Shown here piece after piece: positions 31,482-44,844 of a stretch of 53,342 bases of DNA. The notes under the pieces were generated by a model. The model did not search any database. It had not been told where the DNA came from and was given only the letters and a program-made list of their open reading frames with translations. Every line of letters begins with the position of its first letter. The first letter of the stretch is position 1. The stretch comes from Nemertoderma westbladi. Its lineage: Eukaryota; Animalia; Xenacoelomorpha. The stretch lies in assembly GCA_032718475.1 (NCBI GenBank), contig JAUCBJ010007385.1:1-53342 (forward strand), written 5' to 3'. The position numbers were made by a program, and so were the translations under genes.

Positions 31482-32690
31482 TGTAAAAGCTTTTGCTGAA
31501 TTGTCCGGTTATTTTTCCTTATTTTTCCCGTAAAATACTCTGTAGTTGGTTTACCAGGCATAAAAAGGCCGTGTCCTTGCTGTACTGGTGTTTTAGCGGA
31601 CATAAAAGCTATTTCTTCTGTATTTGTACTTTAGAGGACATAATCCGTAATTCTGTGACGTAAAAGCTCGATACTCTTGAAAACAGTGTCGCTACCATGA
31701 CGACGGCTAGCAGCTGATATTGCCACGTCGACGTTTCTTTGTTTCTTTGTTCTCTCGTTGTTCAGGTTGACCAATCAGAGCGTTTGTTGTCTCTGTGTTG
31801 GAGGTATATACAGAAACTCAGTAGTTCAGTGTTATGTTTTTGCCCAGAGCCTAAGAACCGGCTTTTGGCACCTCCGTGTTTCAGTTTTTAGTCTTACACT
31901 AGTAGGTTTAATTATAAGGACATATATCCTTTAACCTGCTAAATATCTCACTGCTAACTGATCATACATACTGACTGCTGAAACATTGCAAACTCATAAC
32001 AATCAGTGTTCAGTTGTTGTTTTATACTGCTATTTACTGTCAGTTCTTCATAATATGGTTGATGAATTATTATATTTGGAATAACGATAAATAACCCCGA
32101 AACCCAATATTCTTGATATACCGAAGGTAAGAGAGAAGGGTTACAGATAAACGATTGTGACTTATGTTAAAGTGGTTTGAAGTGAATCTAATGTTATTTG
32201 ATAGACCCTACATGATTCAGTCTGTGTTCCTTTTATATGTGGCTAAAATCAGTGAAGATTGGCAGATTAGTGTGCAGTATTGTGCAGCATTGTGTATGAG
32301 TGAGTCTGTTAAAGAAGCAATTCCTAAAGAATGCGCCATATATGTGAATTATAATTAAGCCATATCGTTGTGAGTAGTTTAAGTCATAACTCTGTTTATA
32401 TAGATAAAGCGCCACGTCCTAAAGGAACTGTTAATATTCCCGAAGGTGAATAATATTGTCAGAGATTATATAATACTGTCAGTCGAATAATACATTAGGC
32501 TTACATAGCAATAAAATTAAACCGTCGAACCCAATCTCCCGGGAATATCCAGCGGGTGAATGGTCGCGCACAGATTGGTTTCGACTAGTGTAGTGAATCA
32601 AATACTTGTCATAGACTAAAAACTGATTTAATATCTAGAAGACATCTTAATTTGGTGGGTTAAACTGCCAAAGGTCTGAAAGCGCGAACA
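31482..32690 (+). repeat. 3' LTR (1209 bp)
   Basis: Direct repeat of 16882-18105, preceded by a purine tract. Confidence 0.93.
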
Positions 32691-32691
32691 C

Positions 32692-34050
32692 GAGGTTTTA
32701 AATACGCGAAAAAACCTCATATTCAAAGGTCTCCGGGAATACCGCGGAGAAAACCCTGAGAACTTGGTACGTAGTTTTATTCTAGAGATTCTGGGTGTGC
32801 GATCCGCTCATGAAGAATTGGAAATCGAATGCGCTTATCGCCTTGGTAAACCCAGTTCTGACCGTCCACGCCCATTAAAGGTCGAGTTTCTACGACTTAA
32901 GGATAGAAACATCATTTGGGAGGCTGGTAAGGCACTCATCGGCACCGAGTTCCGAATGACCTCGGACTACCCTAAAGAAATCCGAGATCAACGTCAAGTT
33001 CTCTACAGATTATCGCGTGAGGCACGCAATCAGGGGTATCTTTCTAATGTCCAAGGAAGCATTCTAACTGTAAATGGTCGCCGATTTACGGGATGGGATA
33101 TAGCAGCTGACACTAACATATCGCTGGAGAAGTTGATGAATGTTGGTGGAAGTTACGCCCCTAGTCACCGGAATCCGTATCGAAGCCGTCTGGTGGGGAA
33201 CAACAGCAATGTTTTTTCGGGCGGCACGTTCTCTCAGGCTGTAAACTCTGCTGCCGCCGTTCCGGTTGATGTTGCCCGCAAGGAACCCGATACATCCAAC
33301 AGTTTTATGGTCAGTGCGAGCAATGGCTCTGGTACTGATACAGATTACTTACATTTTGGTAATAATAGTAGTACCGGTAACGATCATTTATATAATTCTA
33401 CTAATCAGTCATTTTACCGGTCTGTACAAGTACCCATGCCCACAGTACCGATATCTAATAGTGTTAACACTGAGAATGTCACAAGCTATGCTTCAGGTGC
33501 AGCTCACCTGGCTAGGCACGTTGAGACAACAACACACACAGTCAGCAGCATGCATAATAGTGATAGTTTAATTCCTGCTACCGGTACCAGCAGTACTGCC
33601 TCCGGTACTGGTACTGTGGACATGACGCAATCAGCTCCCTGTAATGTTATTAGTGATGTAACCATGGTAACTACTGGTATTAACTCAAGTATAGACGGTA
33701 GTAGGCCGGGTGAAAGTACAGTGGAGTCAACAAGTGTGGACCCATTAGCTCCTGTTATCAGGGAACTAGAGAGTAAAGCGAAAAAGCGTGGCAGAGATAC
33801 AAGCCGCAGAAATGTGAGAAATAATGTTAAGAGAAATCGAAGTCTGGAGCAAAGGGGTCTGCGCTCGTTCTCCCTTAATAGAGTTGCAGATTATAACACT
33901 AGGTCGAGGGCAGCCTCAGCAACAACTGGCGTAGAGGGGTCGGGGGGAGGGAACCGACAGCCAGTTGCTGTTGCTGGCCAGCCGACCAACGCGGGAGTTA
34001 CTGCTCCAGCTGGTAACCCTCACCAATCGGACAACAAACAAGGGGGTTAG
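32692..34050 (+). CDS. LINE ORF1p (L1 ORF1-like RRM/CTD plus Ser/Thr-rich tail), N-terminally truncated
   Basis: Frame is open from the LTR boundary: EVLNTRKNLIFKGLREYRGENPE...IECAYRLGK...PRPLKVEF...DYPKEIRDQR. Confidence 0.8.
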   Translation, partial: EVLNTRKNLIFKGLREYRGENPENLVRSFILEILGVRSAHEELEIECAYRLGKPSSDRPRPLKVEFLRLKDRNIIWEAGKALIGTEFRMTSDYPKEIRDQRQVLYRLSREARNQGYLSNVQGSILTVNGRRFTGWDIAADTNISLEKLMNVGGSYAPSHRNPYRSRLVGNNSNVFSGGTFSQAVNSAAAVPVDVARKEPDTSNSFMVSASNGSGTDTDYLHFGNNSSTGNDHLYNSTNQSFYRSVQVPMPTVPISNSVNTENVTSYASGAAHLARHVETTTHTVSSMHNSDSLIPATGTSSTASGTGTVDMTQSAPCNVISDVTMVTTGINSSIDGSRPGESTVESTSVDPLAPVIRELESKAKKRGRDTSRRNVRNNVKRNRSLEQRGLRSFSLNRVADYNTRSRAASATTGVEGSGGGNRQPVAVAGQPTNAGVTAPAGNPHQSDNKQGG

Positions 34051-34070
34051 ATGGTAAATATTCCAGTGGG

Positions 34071-37000
34071 GTGGAAAGTGAAAGGAATTCTAACTTTCAA
34101 TTTAATAATTTTAACTTGTCTATTGGTAATCTTAATGTAGAGAGTTTGAGCTCAAGGCTCTGTGATCCCTATTTTATCGAAAATGTAAAGCAACACGATA
34201 TTTTTATATGCACCGAAACGTGGCTAGGGCCAATATCCAAACTAGATATAGATATTCAGGGTTACGAACATAAATCAGTAACAAGAAAATACAAAAAGGC
34301 AGGGGCCAAGCGGTTTTCTGGGGGGGTGACAGTATATTATAAAAATGTTCTTGGGTGCGCTATTGAAATATTAAATAGGCCAGAGTACGAAGACCTGCTT
34401 TGGCTTAGACTTATAGGTGAAAAGTTGGGACTGTACAAAGATATAGTCATTTGTGCAGTATATATTGGCGCCGATGGCCTAAGGGCACAAATCGCAGACT
34501 CCATGTGTTTATTCGACAAAATCGAGGAAGGTGTACTTTTATATGGCGAAACACATGACATAATTGTAGTAGGTGACTTGAACTCCAGGACGGGGACGGA
34601 GCTAGATTATATCGACAGCGACGATTTCACTGGAAATAGTTTCTTTGACAATTTACTACCTCCAGATTATATTGGGGAGGTGTGCAGAAAATTAGAAACA
34701 ACTGTGATAAAGTGGTTAACCAATATGGGAGAAGACTATTGCAATTGTGCCGGTCGACTGGTCTTAAGATAATGAATGGACGGGTGGGTGAAGATGCTAC
34801 ACAAGGACAATGCACATACTACTCAGTATCAGGAGCAACAGGATTGGGTAAATCAAATATTGACCTTATGCTAGTTGATACTAAATTATTACGCAACACT
34901 GTGGCTTTCAAGGTTCATGTTGACAGTATGCTACCTACCAAACACTGCATGGTAAGCGCAACATTAGCCTGGAAAGCTACAATAAGAGAATGTAATACCA
35001 CCCAGGGAAATAGTGACAAAAAACATACAAATGACTATAGTACACGGTTCTCATGGAAACAGACAAAAAGTAGTCAGTTCGTGGATCTACTTGGTTCTGA
35101 CGAATTCAAAGCCAGCGCAAACAGTCTCTTAGACGACCTCGGAAGTGGCAGTTACACGCAGGAATCTGTCGAAGAAGCAGCCAAGAAGTTAACAGACTGT
35201 ATACAGACTGTAGCGGGACAGTTATTTAAAGTCGGGACAAATAACACATGTAAGAGTAGGGATAGTACTAACGACAATAATGAGTGCCTGAGGTTTAATG
35301 ACGAATGCTTAGAAAAGCGAACGGCATTTAGGAATGCACTCAATAAGTGGAAGTCTGATCGGACAGTGGCGTCAAAAATCGTTGTATCCCACACCCGTAG
35401 TATGTATTGTAAGACACTGAGACGAGCACGGGCAAATCACAGACGTGACCAGTCACGAAATTTGGAACAGTTAAGTTTGGAGGTAAATGAGACAAGGAAA
35501 TTTTGGACTCTACTGAAAAATTCAACCGGTAACAAAAATAAATCACAACAATCTAAATTATCTCTTGATGACTTCGAAGAACATTTTAGGAACCTATGTT
35601 CTGGAACACCAGAATTTTCGGACATGGGAGTAGATCCACATGTTGACATAGACGTTAATAACAGTAAAAATTTAATGGAAAAGGAACTGTCTCAGCCCTT
35701 TACGGAGGATGAAGTAAATATTGCTATTGACAAACTTAAAAGACACAAAGCCCCGGGAATGGATATGCTACTAAATGAGTTCTTCATTGAAGGTAAAGCA
35801 GCCCTTACTCCACTAATAACCCCTTTGTTCAATGCTGTGCTCTATTCTGGTAACTTCCCAAGAGCCTGGGCTGCGGCTCTGGTAACGCCAATCTATAAGA
35901 ATAAAGGTAGTAAGGATGACGCGGGAAACTACAGAGGAATATCTTTGTTAAGTTGCTTAGGAAAACTATTCACCTCAATTCTAAACTACAGAATTTCCTG
36001 GTGGGCAGAAGGTTTTCAGTTGTTAAACGACTCCCAGGCTGCTTTTCGTGTAGGCTACAAAACAACAGACCATTTGTTTGTGTTAAGTGGGTTGATAAAT
36101 TATCTCACGTCTCATGGTAATAAACTGTATTGCGGATTTATAGATTTTCAAAAGGCATTTGACCGTGTGGAACGCGATGCTCTATGGGTGAAACTCAATT
36201 GCCTTGGATTTTCAGGAAAGATATTTCAGGTTATTAAGAGTCTCTATGAAAGTGTGAAGTCGCGAGTGAAATGGAATGGGGGCATATCTGAGGCGTATGA
36301 CTGCTTTTTGGGCGTATTGCAAGGGGAATGTTTGTCCCCGGTACTTTTTATTCTTTTTCTCAATGACCTGGAGGCTGAGCTGAGACTTGGCGGTGTGAAT
36401 GGTATCACCCTATCCCACTTGCAGCTATGTCTATTACTTTACGCGGACGATCTGGTACTAATAGCCACCACAGGATCGGACTTACAGAGATCTTTTGATA
36501 TCTTAGGGGCTTATTCAGAGTATTGGGGCCTACGGGTTAATCTGGACAAAACAAATGTCGTAGTTTTCCGGAGAGGGGGTTCATTGGCGAGAGGAGACAA
36601 ATGGTTTTATAAAGGGGAGAGTGTTGGTGTTGTCTCACAATACAATTATCTGGGAATCACCTTGTCATTTACAGGTAAATTTGCATGCGCCCAAAGAATA
36701 CTGGCGCAAAAGGCTGAAAAGGGTTTATTCTCGCTCTATAGGTATTTTATTAAATTCCCAAATTTGTCATTTGCATTGAAGTACAAGCTATTCTCGATAT
36801 TGATTGCGCCAATTTTAAGTTACGGTGCCGATGTTTGGGGATTTCATTCTGCTCCGGCAATTGAGTGTGTTCATTTAGCTTTTTTGAAACGCCTACTTGG
36901 AGTAAAACGGAGCACTCCTGATTTTGCCGTCTACGGGGAAACTGGGGCTGTGCCGCTTTCAGTTTCACGAAAGCTGACAATTGTAAAATTTTGGGTAAGA

Positions 37001-37634
37001 ACTTTGACTCTCCCGGAGACGAGACTGACTAAACGTATGTATCAGGTACTTTACGAGGATGCATTGCAGGGGTCAGCGACAAACTGGGTTTCAATGGTAA
37101 GGGATGTAATTAAATGGCCTGGGCCAAAGTTGGGCATGGGAGTCTCAAAATGTTGGGGATGCCAAATTATTCTTAAATAACGTAAGGGTAGTTTTAATGG
37201 ATCAATTCATACAAGGGTGGTGGGCTGATATATCAAACTCTTCCAAAGGACAATATTACGTTAAAGATAAATTCGGAACAGAAGAATATCTACATTTATT
37301 AAAGGACAATAATGGCTTACGTCAAACCCTCGCAAGGTTTCGGTGCTCGTCCCACAACTTAGAGATTGAAGTTGGTCGTTGGGATCACAGAGCTGTACAG
37401 GATCGGGTGTGTAAAATTTGTAACTTAGGGGAAGTAGAACATGAGTACCACTTTCTGCTTGTGTGTCCTGCTTACTCAAATATAAGGCAAACTTATTTAC
37501 GGCAATATTACACTATAAACCCATCGGTATATAAGTTTAAGGCATTACTACGGCGCAAACCAGATTTAAAAAACTTAGCTTTATATCTGAGTAAAGCATT
37601 TGCCGTAAGGGAGCGATTGCTAGCAAGATTATAG
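34071..37634 (+). pseudogene. LINE ORF2 (APE endonuclease, RT, CCHC finger) split across three frames
   Basis: DIFICTETW, GGVTVY, VGDLNSR; YRGISLL, FIDFQKAFD, GVLQGECLSP, LLYADDL; RCSSHNLEIEVGRW...CKIC...EHEYHFLLVC. Frameshifts near 34680 and 37110. Confidence 0.9.
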
Positions 37635-37813
37635 TTAATGTGCAATTCAACAATAACATATACGTATGCTTGTTGTCGATTAATAATAATAATAATCAGT
37701 ATGCACAACTACTAACGGAGCTATAGGGTTTCGGGCGCTGAATACCTTCCATTGTGCACTGAATAGTAGTCCCTTTAAAGAATTCATGCTGAAACAAAAA
37801 CTCCCATGGCTCC

Positions 37814-38298
37814 ATACTACTACCACTTACTACTATAATCGGCCTGCTGCATTGCAGCTGCACATTGAGATGCTATGCTGACTTTCGCGAGATTATCCGC
37901 ATCTTCAAGGTTAGGGTCCTTTAAGAGGCGAATCAAGAAAGTCATGGGCTGTCCATCATGCCTAGTTTCCCCTTGAGGCTGCTAAAGCATAAAGTTGTGC
38001 ACAGGCTGGTCCTCACGGCGAAAGCAATGTCCTGCAAAGCGGAGGCGACTTTGTTCTAGTGTCAAACTTGGGGGAATCAATGAGACACCTCCAATGTTAT
38101 ATAGTGTCTGGTTGAAGATGTGTGCATTGAACTTGACACAGTAAACCCGACGTAGAATTCTTGAGAATGTGCCGTCCAGAGATTTGGTGTCCTCAGCAGT
38201 TAGGACTGACCGGACTCCCATAGAGGAGTACTGGTACTACCGGTGCTCCAAATAATCGGACCGTAAGTTTCCGACGGATTCTATGTGACGTCCAAATC
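37814..38298 (-). mobile_element. RTE 3' fragment of the same family as 2204-3852
   Basis: LTAEDTKSLDGTF...RLRFAGHCFRREDQPVHN; same 3' UTR motif GCTGCATTGCAGC; (GTA)n-like tail. Confidence 0.88.
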
Positions 38299-40046
38299 TC
38301 TATGTGGTAGTACTTTCTATAGTGACTGAGTCAACTAGTTCAATGCAAACCTGCATCAATCGATAAACTAAGGTCGTCGATTACACCACACGACGCATAC
38401 TCCTCGAGTTAAACTCCCTTCGAATTACGAGTGACATCTTCTGTCCATTTTAGCATTCATTTCCCAATTTTCTTAATTGTTATCCATCACCATATGTGGA
38501 TGACACTAAACGGAGTTACTAGTTGCTCAAAAACGCTTTTCCATTAGTGTCACCTCTTGAAATCTTCTCCGTGACAGGCTGTTTTGTTTGGAACCGGATG
38601 ACCCATGTTGGTGGCTTCCAGCAGAGTGAAGCATCTAAGGTTGCTCAATCCGCAGCATGGTGATGAAGCTTGTTGGTACTTTTTGAGTGATATATAAAAT
38701 GAGCATCAATACATATATATTTAAAATGTTCACTGGATGGTAGAAGAGCTATTTCTTCGTCATTCGTACGTGGCATAAAGGCCCCGTTCACACTGCCTGC
38801 CGCTTTGTGCACGCATATTCTGTGGGTGGAGTGAGCCACATAATAGGCGAAGACTCAGCTGCAAACTGTCACATTAACATCAAATTGTTGTCATTGTGAT
38901 AAGCTAGTAATTTGTGAGATATAAAGCTGTCAAGTGGAAATTTTTGTATAGAATTAAATTGTACCAAAAGTAGAGATTTTTGTCTGATGTTTATCATGTT
39001 TATGTTATCTGTTTACTAAAGTGTTCATCAAATCGTTCAACCATTGTGTGTGATATTTCATCAGAGGACCTATCCTGTTTTGTTAAGCCCCAAAACTATG
39101 ATCATTGTTTGTACTTGCTTCAGACAGCATTGAGATATGAGCATAATTATGAATGATATGAATTATGAATTATATCCTGATAGGGTTCCCCTGATTAACT
39201 ATTAGGTCCGTATAGATCAAGTATAGATCAAATTTCAATTAACTGGTGACGAGAAACCTAAATCTTTAAATGGCGGGTCGTTTTTAATAACGACATATTT
39301 AAATAATATTTATGATTAACGTTTGCTCGCCCTACATGAATAATAGCATATTTGTTTGCAGCGATCGATAGTTGACATTCCTTTGCTATTCAATTATTTG
39401 TGTAGATTTACGTTCCAGAAATCCGTGCTGGGCTTTGGAATCAATTTGTGGATACGTAAATAAGAAATAAGTTCACGTTTCACACACATTTCCATAATTT
39501 TGCATACATAACGAGTATGAGCAAACTTCGTGCATAATAATACGCCCAAAAATTGGTTATATTACAAGACTATTTCAAAATACTCTCCAATAATTCCAAT
39601 GACCGCCACTTAATAAACATTTATCTATTTAATATTGATAACAGTAACTTTCTCCACTCGGCTAAAATAATTGTTCTTATCGAACACTTTAACCGATTCA
39701 CTGTGGTGTGGCCTTATTCATTCTGATATAGCAGCACTACTTATACGCACTAGGGCATATGGAATTCATTGGAATTTAATAAATATATTCAACGGATATG
39801 GTGGAAAATATATTAGATTGTTCTAGGCCTCAATGACTAATATGAATGAATAGTAAAGTGAACTGTTAATTGAGTTCTTTGTCAACTTAATCTACTTCTA
39901 CTAGCTAGTTTGCTGTCCGAATAAACGTGGAATTACATCATTAACCTTTCCTATAATTTCAATTTTCAATGTATTGATTGCCGCTCGTTTTGCACATCTT
40001 CATTGTGCCAATATTTATACGAAATTGCAATTTGCAATATGCAATA

Positions 40047-40199
40047 CGACCCGCTATAACCTATGTCATATATAGACCTACCTGAACTTGAGAGAAACGA
40101 AATTGCGACAACTATGGAGAATCGGGAAGCCTGGAAGGATCTCATTTCCACTCTCCGAGTTCGCTCGACCTAGTACTGTAATTAATAGTAGTAGTAGTA
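40047..40199 (+). mobile_element. Short RTE 3'-end relic (different subfamily)
   Basis: RPAITYV...TMENREAWKDLISTLRVRST* followed by (TAG)n. Confidence 0.5.
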
Positions 40200-42240
40200 T
40201 TTTGTAATATTTTAATGGCAGATAGAAAACCAATATTATCTTCTGTGGTGTTATTTCGTTTGTATTTCTTCACCAGTTAAACATTTTGTATAGAAGTATA
40301 TTTGAGTATTTCTGGCCTTAAATTATTTCCGTATCTACACATAACCCTCAGTACCAGATGCCTATTCTTGGATCTCCGAATAATCAATTAACAATACTGC
40401 TGTGTAGAAATAAAGACACAGATGTGACAATGCGATAATAATTGAATATGTAACAGTTTGCTCAGGCGTTCAACCATGACATAGTTATCAAACCTATATT
40501 AATAAAAATGAGAACTATTTTACCAATTAATAGAAAGGCCGGGTGAAAGTAAGCAGTGCCTAACAATAAAAACGGTGAAGGGATGCGACTGGGATAATTA
40601 TACACAAAGTTTAAACATTCTTCAAAAGGGTGTAACTAAAGATGGAAAGCAAAAATTAACTTTTTTAACTTTTGAGATAACAACTACTAAAAAGTCAATT
40701 TGTAAATATAAGTTTTGAATCACGACCATCCCAGCAAATAATTACGTTATTTCTGAGAAGAGAATTCGATTGGTGAAAAAGGTGTTAATTGAAATGGATT
40801 TATGTAAATTACGGTATGTTGTGATTATCAGCGCATTTGTACACAGTAAATAATTTTATTTTTTTCAAAATGAGTTTCATTTCATATCAAGACGTCTTAG
40901 AGACATTGCAAAGTATATTCAGTCAGTGGTATAAAAGACAGCAGCAACACATGGACGGAATTCAATTGACAAGATAATATTTTTAAGGAATCTAAGTATT
41001 TAATATTTCCCAGAAATTTTAATGAGAGAATACTTACATCACGGCGATGGCAGGATTGTCAGCGGCTAAGGGTTTAAAGTATTATTTATTCAGTACATTT
41101 TAATGCGAACGTGACAAGTAACAATGTATTTCTGATGCAGGAAATATGGGAATTAATAGGCTTTTCCGACACAAGTCACATCCAACCGAAAAATTCACAG
41201 CAGAGTTTTAATGAATGTCATATGTGTTGATTCCTAAAGCAAATTAATGTTAATTATGTATATGCAGGTAGCGAAAACGTCATTCTGCAATGTCATCTAA
41301 TTTACTAACCTCCTCTGCAGCGATATGTTTTCTAATTCAAATTTAATAAAAAGTTCGATATGTACACGATATGGGCCTTCGCGCAGCACGTGAGGTGTTC
41401 CAATTTTAAGTAAGAACTATATAGAATGGATTACAAGCAAAATATTGAGAAGATTAACCATGAGCTCTCTAGCGGCAGACTGGAAAACGGCGCCAAGACA
41501 AGGAAATTGGATAAGAATTTACTTCATATTTCCGCGGCAGACAGAAGAAAGAATCTAATTTCTTATACGGAATTAATTTTTTAGCTCTATAGGATAATAA
41601 ATTTCTACTTATTATTGCGAATATTTGGGACTTATATTTCTATTTTTAAATTTTGCTTGTGTTTTATATACCTGTGTTTGTTATAGTTATATTTACTGCT
41701 CAAAAAATACAGTACCTGTCAAAATAAATTTGTTGTTATCTCTATTTTCAGTATTCGTATTGTACAATTTATTGTTACTTATATTTTATAACTTCGGGAA
41801 TAGTTAATAATAATCTGTAACTGCATTTGCTTATTGCGTCTTCCTAGAAGTAATCTGGTCAAAAAAATTTTCATTTCCGCAAAGTTTAGCAAACGTAGAA
41901 ATCTGATAGGCTATTCTCTAATGCCGAAGCCAATAATTATCCCTTGCTGGCTGGCTATAAGAAAGATATAAGATATGTCATGACCAGTTTTCAACATATA
42001 CCCCACCCCAACCATTGGATTTAGTGAGACTCACTCAACAGTAAACACACCAAACCAGCCTGCTTGCTACCTCAGCAGCTCAGCTAGCGGGGAGGGAGTC
42101 AAGTTACCTTAACGTTGCTATGATACAGATAAAAATACTTCCCCATTCACTTACATGTGCAGATTTAATCCTGCTTTAGCGAATATTACAATATTATACA
42201 CTATTTAATATTTAATCAATAAATAATCATACACGAAGTG

Positions 42241-42870
42241 GGGCCTTCGCGCAGCACGTGAAATGAGTTAATGCTAAGTATCAACTCGAAAGGATTATAA
42301 AAACATAGGAGAAGATTTTCCCGGAAAACGTTAACCCTCTAGCGGGAGACTGGGTAACTGAAGAAGGAAGGATTAGTTTCCCTACAAAGCCACATCCTAT
42401 GGTCTATTACATATCTACCAAGTTTCCGATTGACGGATCATAAATAACGAAATGTTGGAAGGTTTTCACTTTCATACATTTAGCCCTCTAGCGGCATATT
42501 AAAGAACTACGGATCGATCACCTTCCTCACAAAGACGAGGCATGTGGTCTAGTACATACCGGTACTGTATATTCCAAAATTCAGCTTAAATAGATTAAGA
42601 TCAAGGAATTCGCAAAGGTTATCACTTTCCTACATTTCGCCCTCTAGCGGCAGACTCGAAAACTCCGGACCGATTACTGTCCACACAAAGACTTAGGATG
42701 TCTTCTAGTACATATATGACAAGTTTCAGCGTAATCAGATCATAAACAACTAAATGGAAGAATAATTTCACATTCGGGACATTTCGCCCTCTAGCGGCAG
42801 ACTGGAGAACTGCAGACAGATTAGCCTCCTTTGAAATTTACAGCTAATGGTCTAGTACACCGATATGTTG
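42241..42870. repeat. ~150-bp degenerate tandem repeat, possibly inside a Helentron-like element; partial sibling at 41373-41485
   Basis: CCCTCTAGCGG at 42335, 42484, 42640 and 42787; GGGCCTTCGCGCAGCACGTGA at 41373 and 42241. Confidence 0.65.
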
Positions 42871-43207
42871 ATATATAATTAGGGATGTCCCGGAATTCCG
42901 GCGGTTTTTGCCCGATTCCGGTTCCGGTCGGAATTGCCGGAATGGGGTCAATTCAGGCCGGAATTTTACCGGAATTGCAAGGTTCATATCTAGTTTGATA
43001 GTTGCAATTAGTCTGTTAAATTATTATCAACATTTATATATTTTTTAAACATTATTACCAATTAGTTTAAGATACTTTTCAACACTTGTAAACAAGTATA
43101 GAAATAAAGTTTTCTTCGACCGTTAGAGCTAACATTTAAGGATGAAAGGCATAGATGCCCCTTGAGTAGCCCCTTCAAACCATTCGTGCCGAATCGAAAA
43201 CTGCCTT

Positions 43208-43278
43208 GGCCCACATACCGGGATCGAACCCACGACCTCCAGATAGATTGTAATTCAATGCAACCACTACACCAAGGT
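43208..43278 (-). mobile_element. tRNA-derived SINE head or tRNA pseudogene
   Basis: Minus strand A-box TGGTGTAGTGG and B-box GGTTCGATCC; no clean cloverleaf. Confidence 0.55.
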
Positions 43279-43525
43279 GGAACCTAAATAACCTATGTAA
43301 CGAAGGAAAATTCACAGCCACCCTGTTTATTACAGTGAATTCAGTCTTGATGGGTATGTAACACATTTCCAAAAAAATTTCACCTGGTAATCAAACTAAA
43401 ATGGTCCCACCATATGTTACACCACTTAGGTAGTATTCATATACAATTCACAATAATCCTTTTAATTTAAATTAACTAATTAAACCCTTTGTCGTTCTGA
43501 GGATATTTTATGAAATGCATCATTA

Positions 43526-43799
43526 GGCCCGTGCTCCACTGGTAAGTCGTAAGTCGTTTTCAGATTTTATCTTAGTCAGAATCTCAAAATGAATGCCTCC
43601 TTGCTCCATTGGTAACATAAGTCATAAGTCATTTGATAGAAAATATAAGATGCGTCTCACATTTACTGCATGCCAATCACAGGCCTCTTGCCGGATATAC
43701 ACCATAACACATGAGTCATAAGTCAAAAGATGGAACATGGGACATAATCACTTTCGACTCATAAGTCGTAACTTACGACTTACCAGTGGAGCACGGGCC
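43526..43799. mobile_element. PIF/Harbinger-type MITE nested in the hAT element
   Basis: 29-bp perfect TIR GGCCCGTGCTCCACTGGTAAGTCGTAAGT; 3-bp TTA TSD. Confidence 0.88.
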
Positions 43800-44844
43800 T
43801 TAGCGGGTGGTTTTTCCAATTTAATTATTACAATTTGCTTATAAAATGGCGTTTTTTTAGATTGATTTTACATTATTGTACATTGATTTTGTACATTATT
43901 TTACATTGAATTAATTATTAAATAATATGATAATTACAGGCGGCTATATAAATTGCTAACCTTGTAAAGTTAGCAATGGAACTCGATTAACGATTAACAC
44001 AATTACAATTACTACTTTAACCTAAAACTAATATAAATATAAACCGTTATTACAACACGTACAGATCCTGCGAGTTGTCGTTAGTTCAGTTCTGCGTCGT
44101 AGGTGCTGCATAATATAGTAGTTTTGTTTCTATTTACAGCAAATCCATTTCTTACCATAAATCTATTTATTCCCAGCAACAATTAAACTGTGATGAAATA
44201 AAAATGTGATGTACTAGTGGCCTCGTTTATTGTTTTGGTTCGAATAACATGTCACTGTAACATGCTGCTTTCCCTTAAAGACACAAGGATATCGCACCAA
44301 TGGACACAGTGACGCGAAACCGTAGGTATTTGGTTAACGAGGTTTTTAGGTATGAGTCTAAATGCTAAAAACCTAACTTTTGGCCAAAGTTATAGATTTT
44401 AGAAAAAATATAAATAATATAAGATATTACGAAAAAAAAATATATTGAATTCCCTGTCGTATAAGGCCGAAGTACCATCCCGTCCCCATAAACGGCCATA
44501 ACGGCCCAGGCCATTCTCCACTCCACCCACCTTAATTCCCCCCAAGGTTCTGATTCATCTCATTATCAAACTTAGCTGTAGAAATTAAAAAATTCATCTG
44601 TTTCACAAAAAATTATACAGTTTAATGGGTCATTTAGTGTATTTCACTAATTATTCCGGTTCCGGCCGGAATTCCGGTCGGAATATTCCGGCATGTTGAA
44701 TTCCGGTTCCGGTACCGACCGAAATCAAAATATCGATTCCGGGACATCCATATATATAATGTAACTAAATATGTTTTAGTAAAGAGATACAAACCGGTAA
44801 TAGTTAGTTAGTTAAACCTAAAAGTATAAGTGGAGCTGATTGAG

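Larger units (their letters stand above)
16882..32690 (+). mobile_element. Near-complete BEL/Pao LTR retrotransposon (15.8 kb)
   Basis: Two TG...CA LTRs, gag-PR-RT-RH-IN order, purine tract GGGAGCGG directly before the 3' LTR. Flanks do not form a TSD. Confidence 0.95.
32691..37696 (+). mobile_element. Two-ORF non-LTR retrotransposon (RTEX-like), 5' end missing, ORF2 frameshifted twice
   Basis: ORF1 plus APE-RT-CCHC ORF2; (TAA)n tail at 37681-37696. Clade assignment is from recalled C-terminal motif. Confidence 0.88.
42880..44752. mobile_element. Non-autonomous hAT DNA transposon
   Basis: TIRs TAGGGATGTCCCGGAAT / ATTCCGGGACATCCATA (1 mismatch); 8-bp TSD TATATAAT at 42872-42879 and 44753-44760; subterminal CCGGAAT repeats. 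Confidence 0.88.

Noticed and set aside
38300-41350. Possible host exons or short ORFs
   Set aside because: No recognisable protein motifs or convincing splice structure by eye, apart from the small RTE relic.
43208-43278. Functional tRNA gene
   Set aside because: A and B boxes are present but the acceptor and anticodon stems do not pair convincingly, and it lies inside a transposon.
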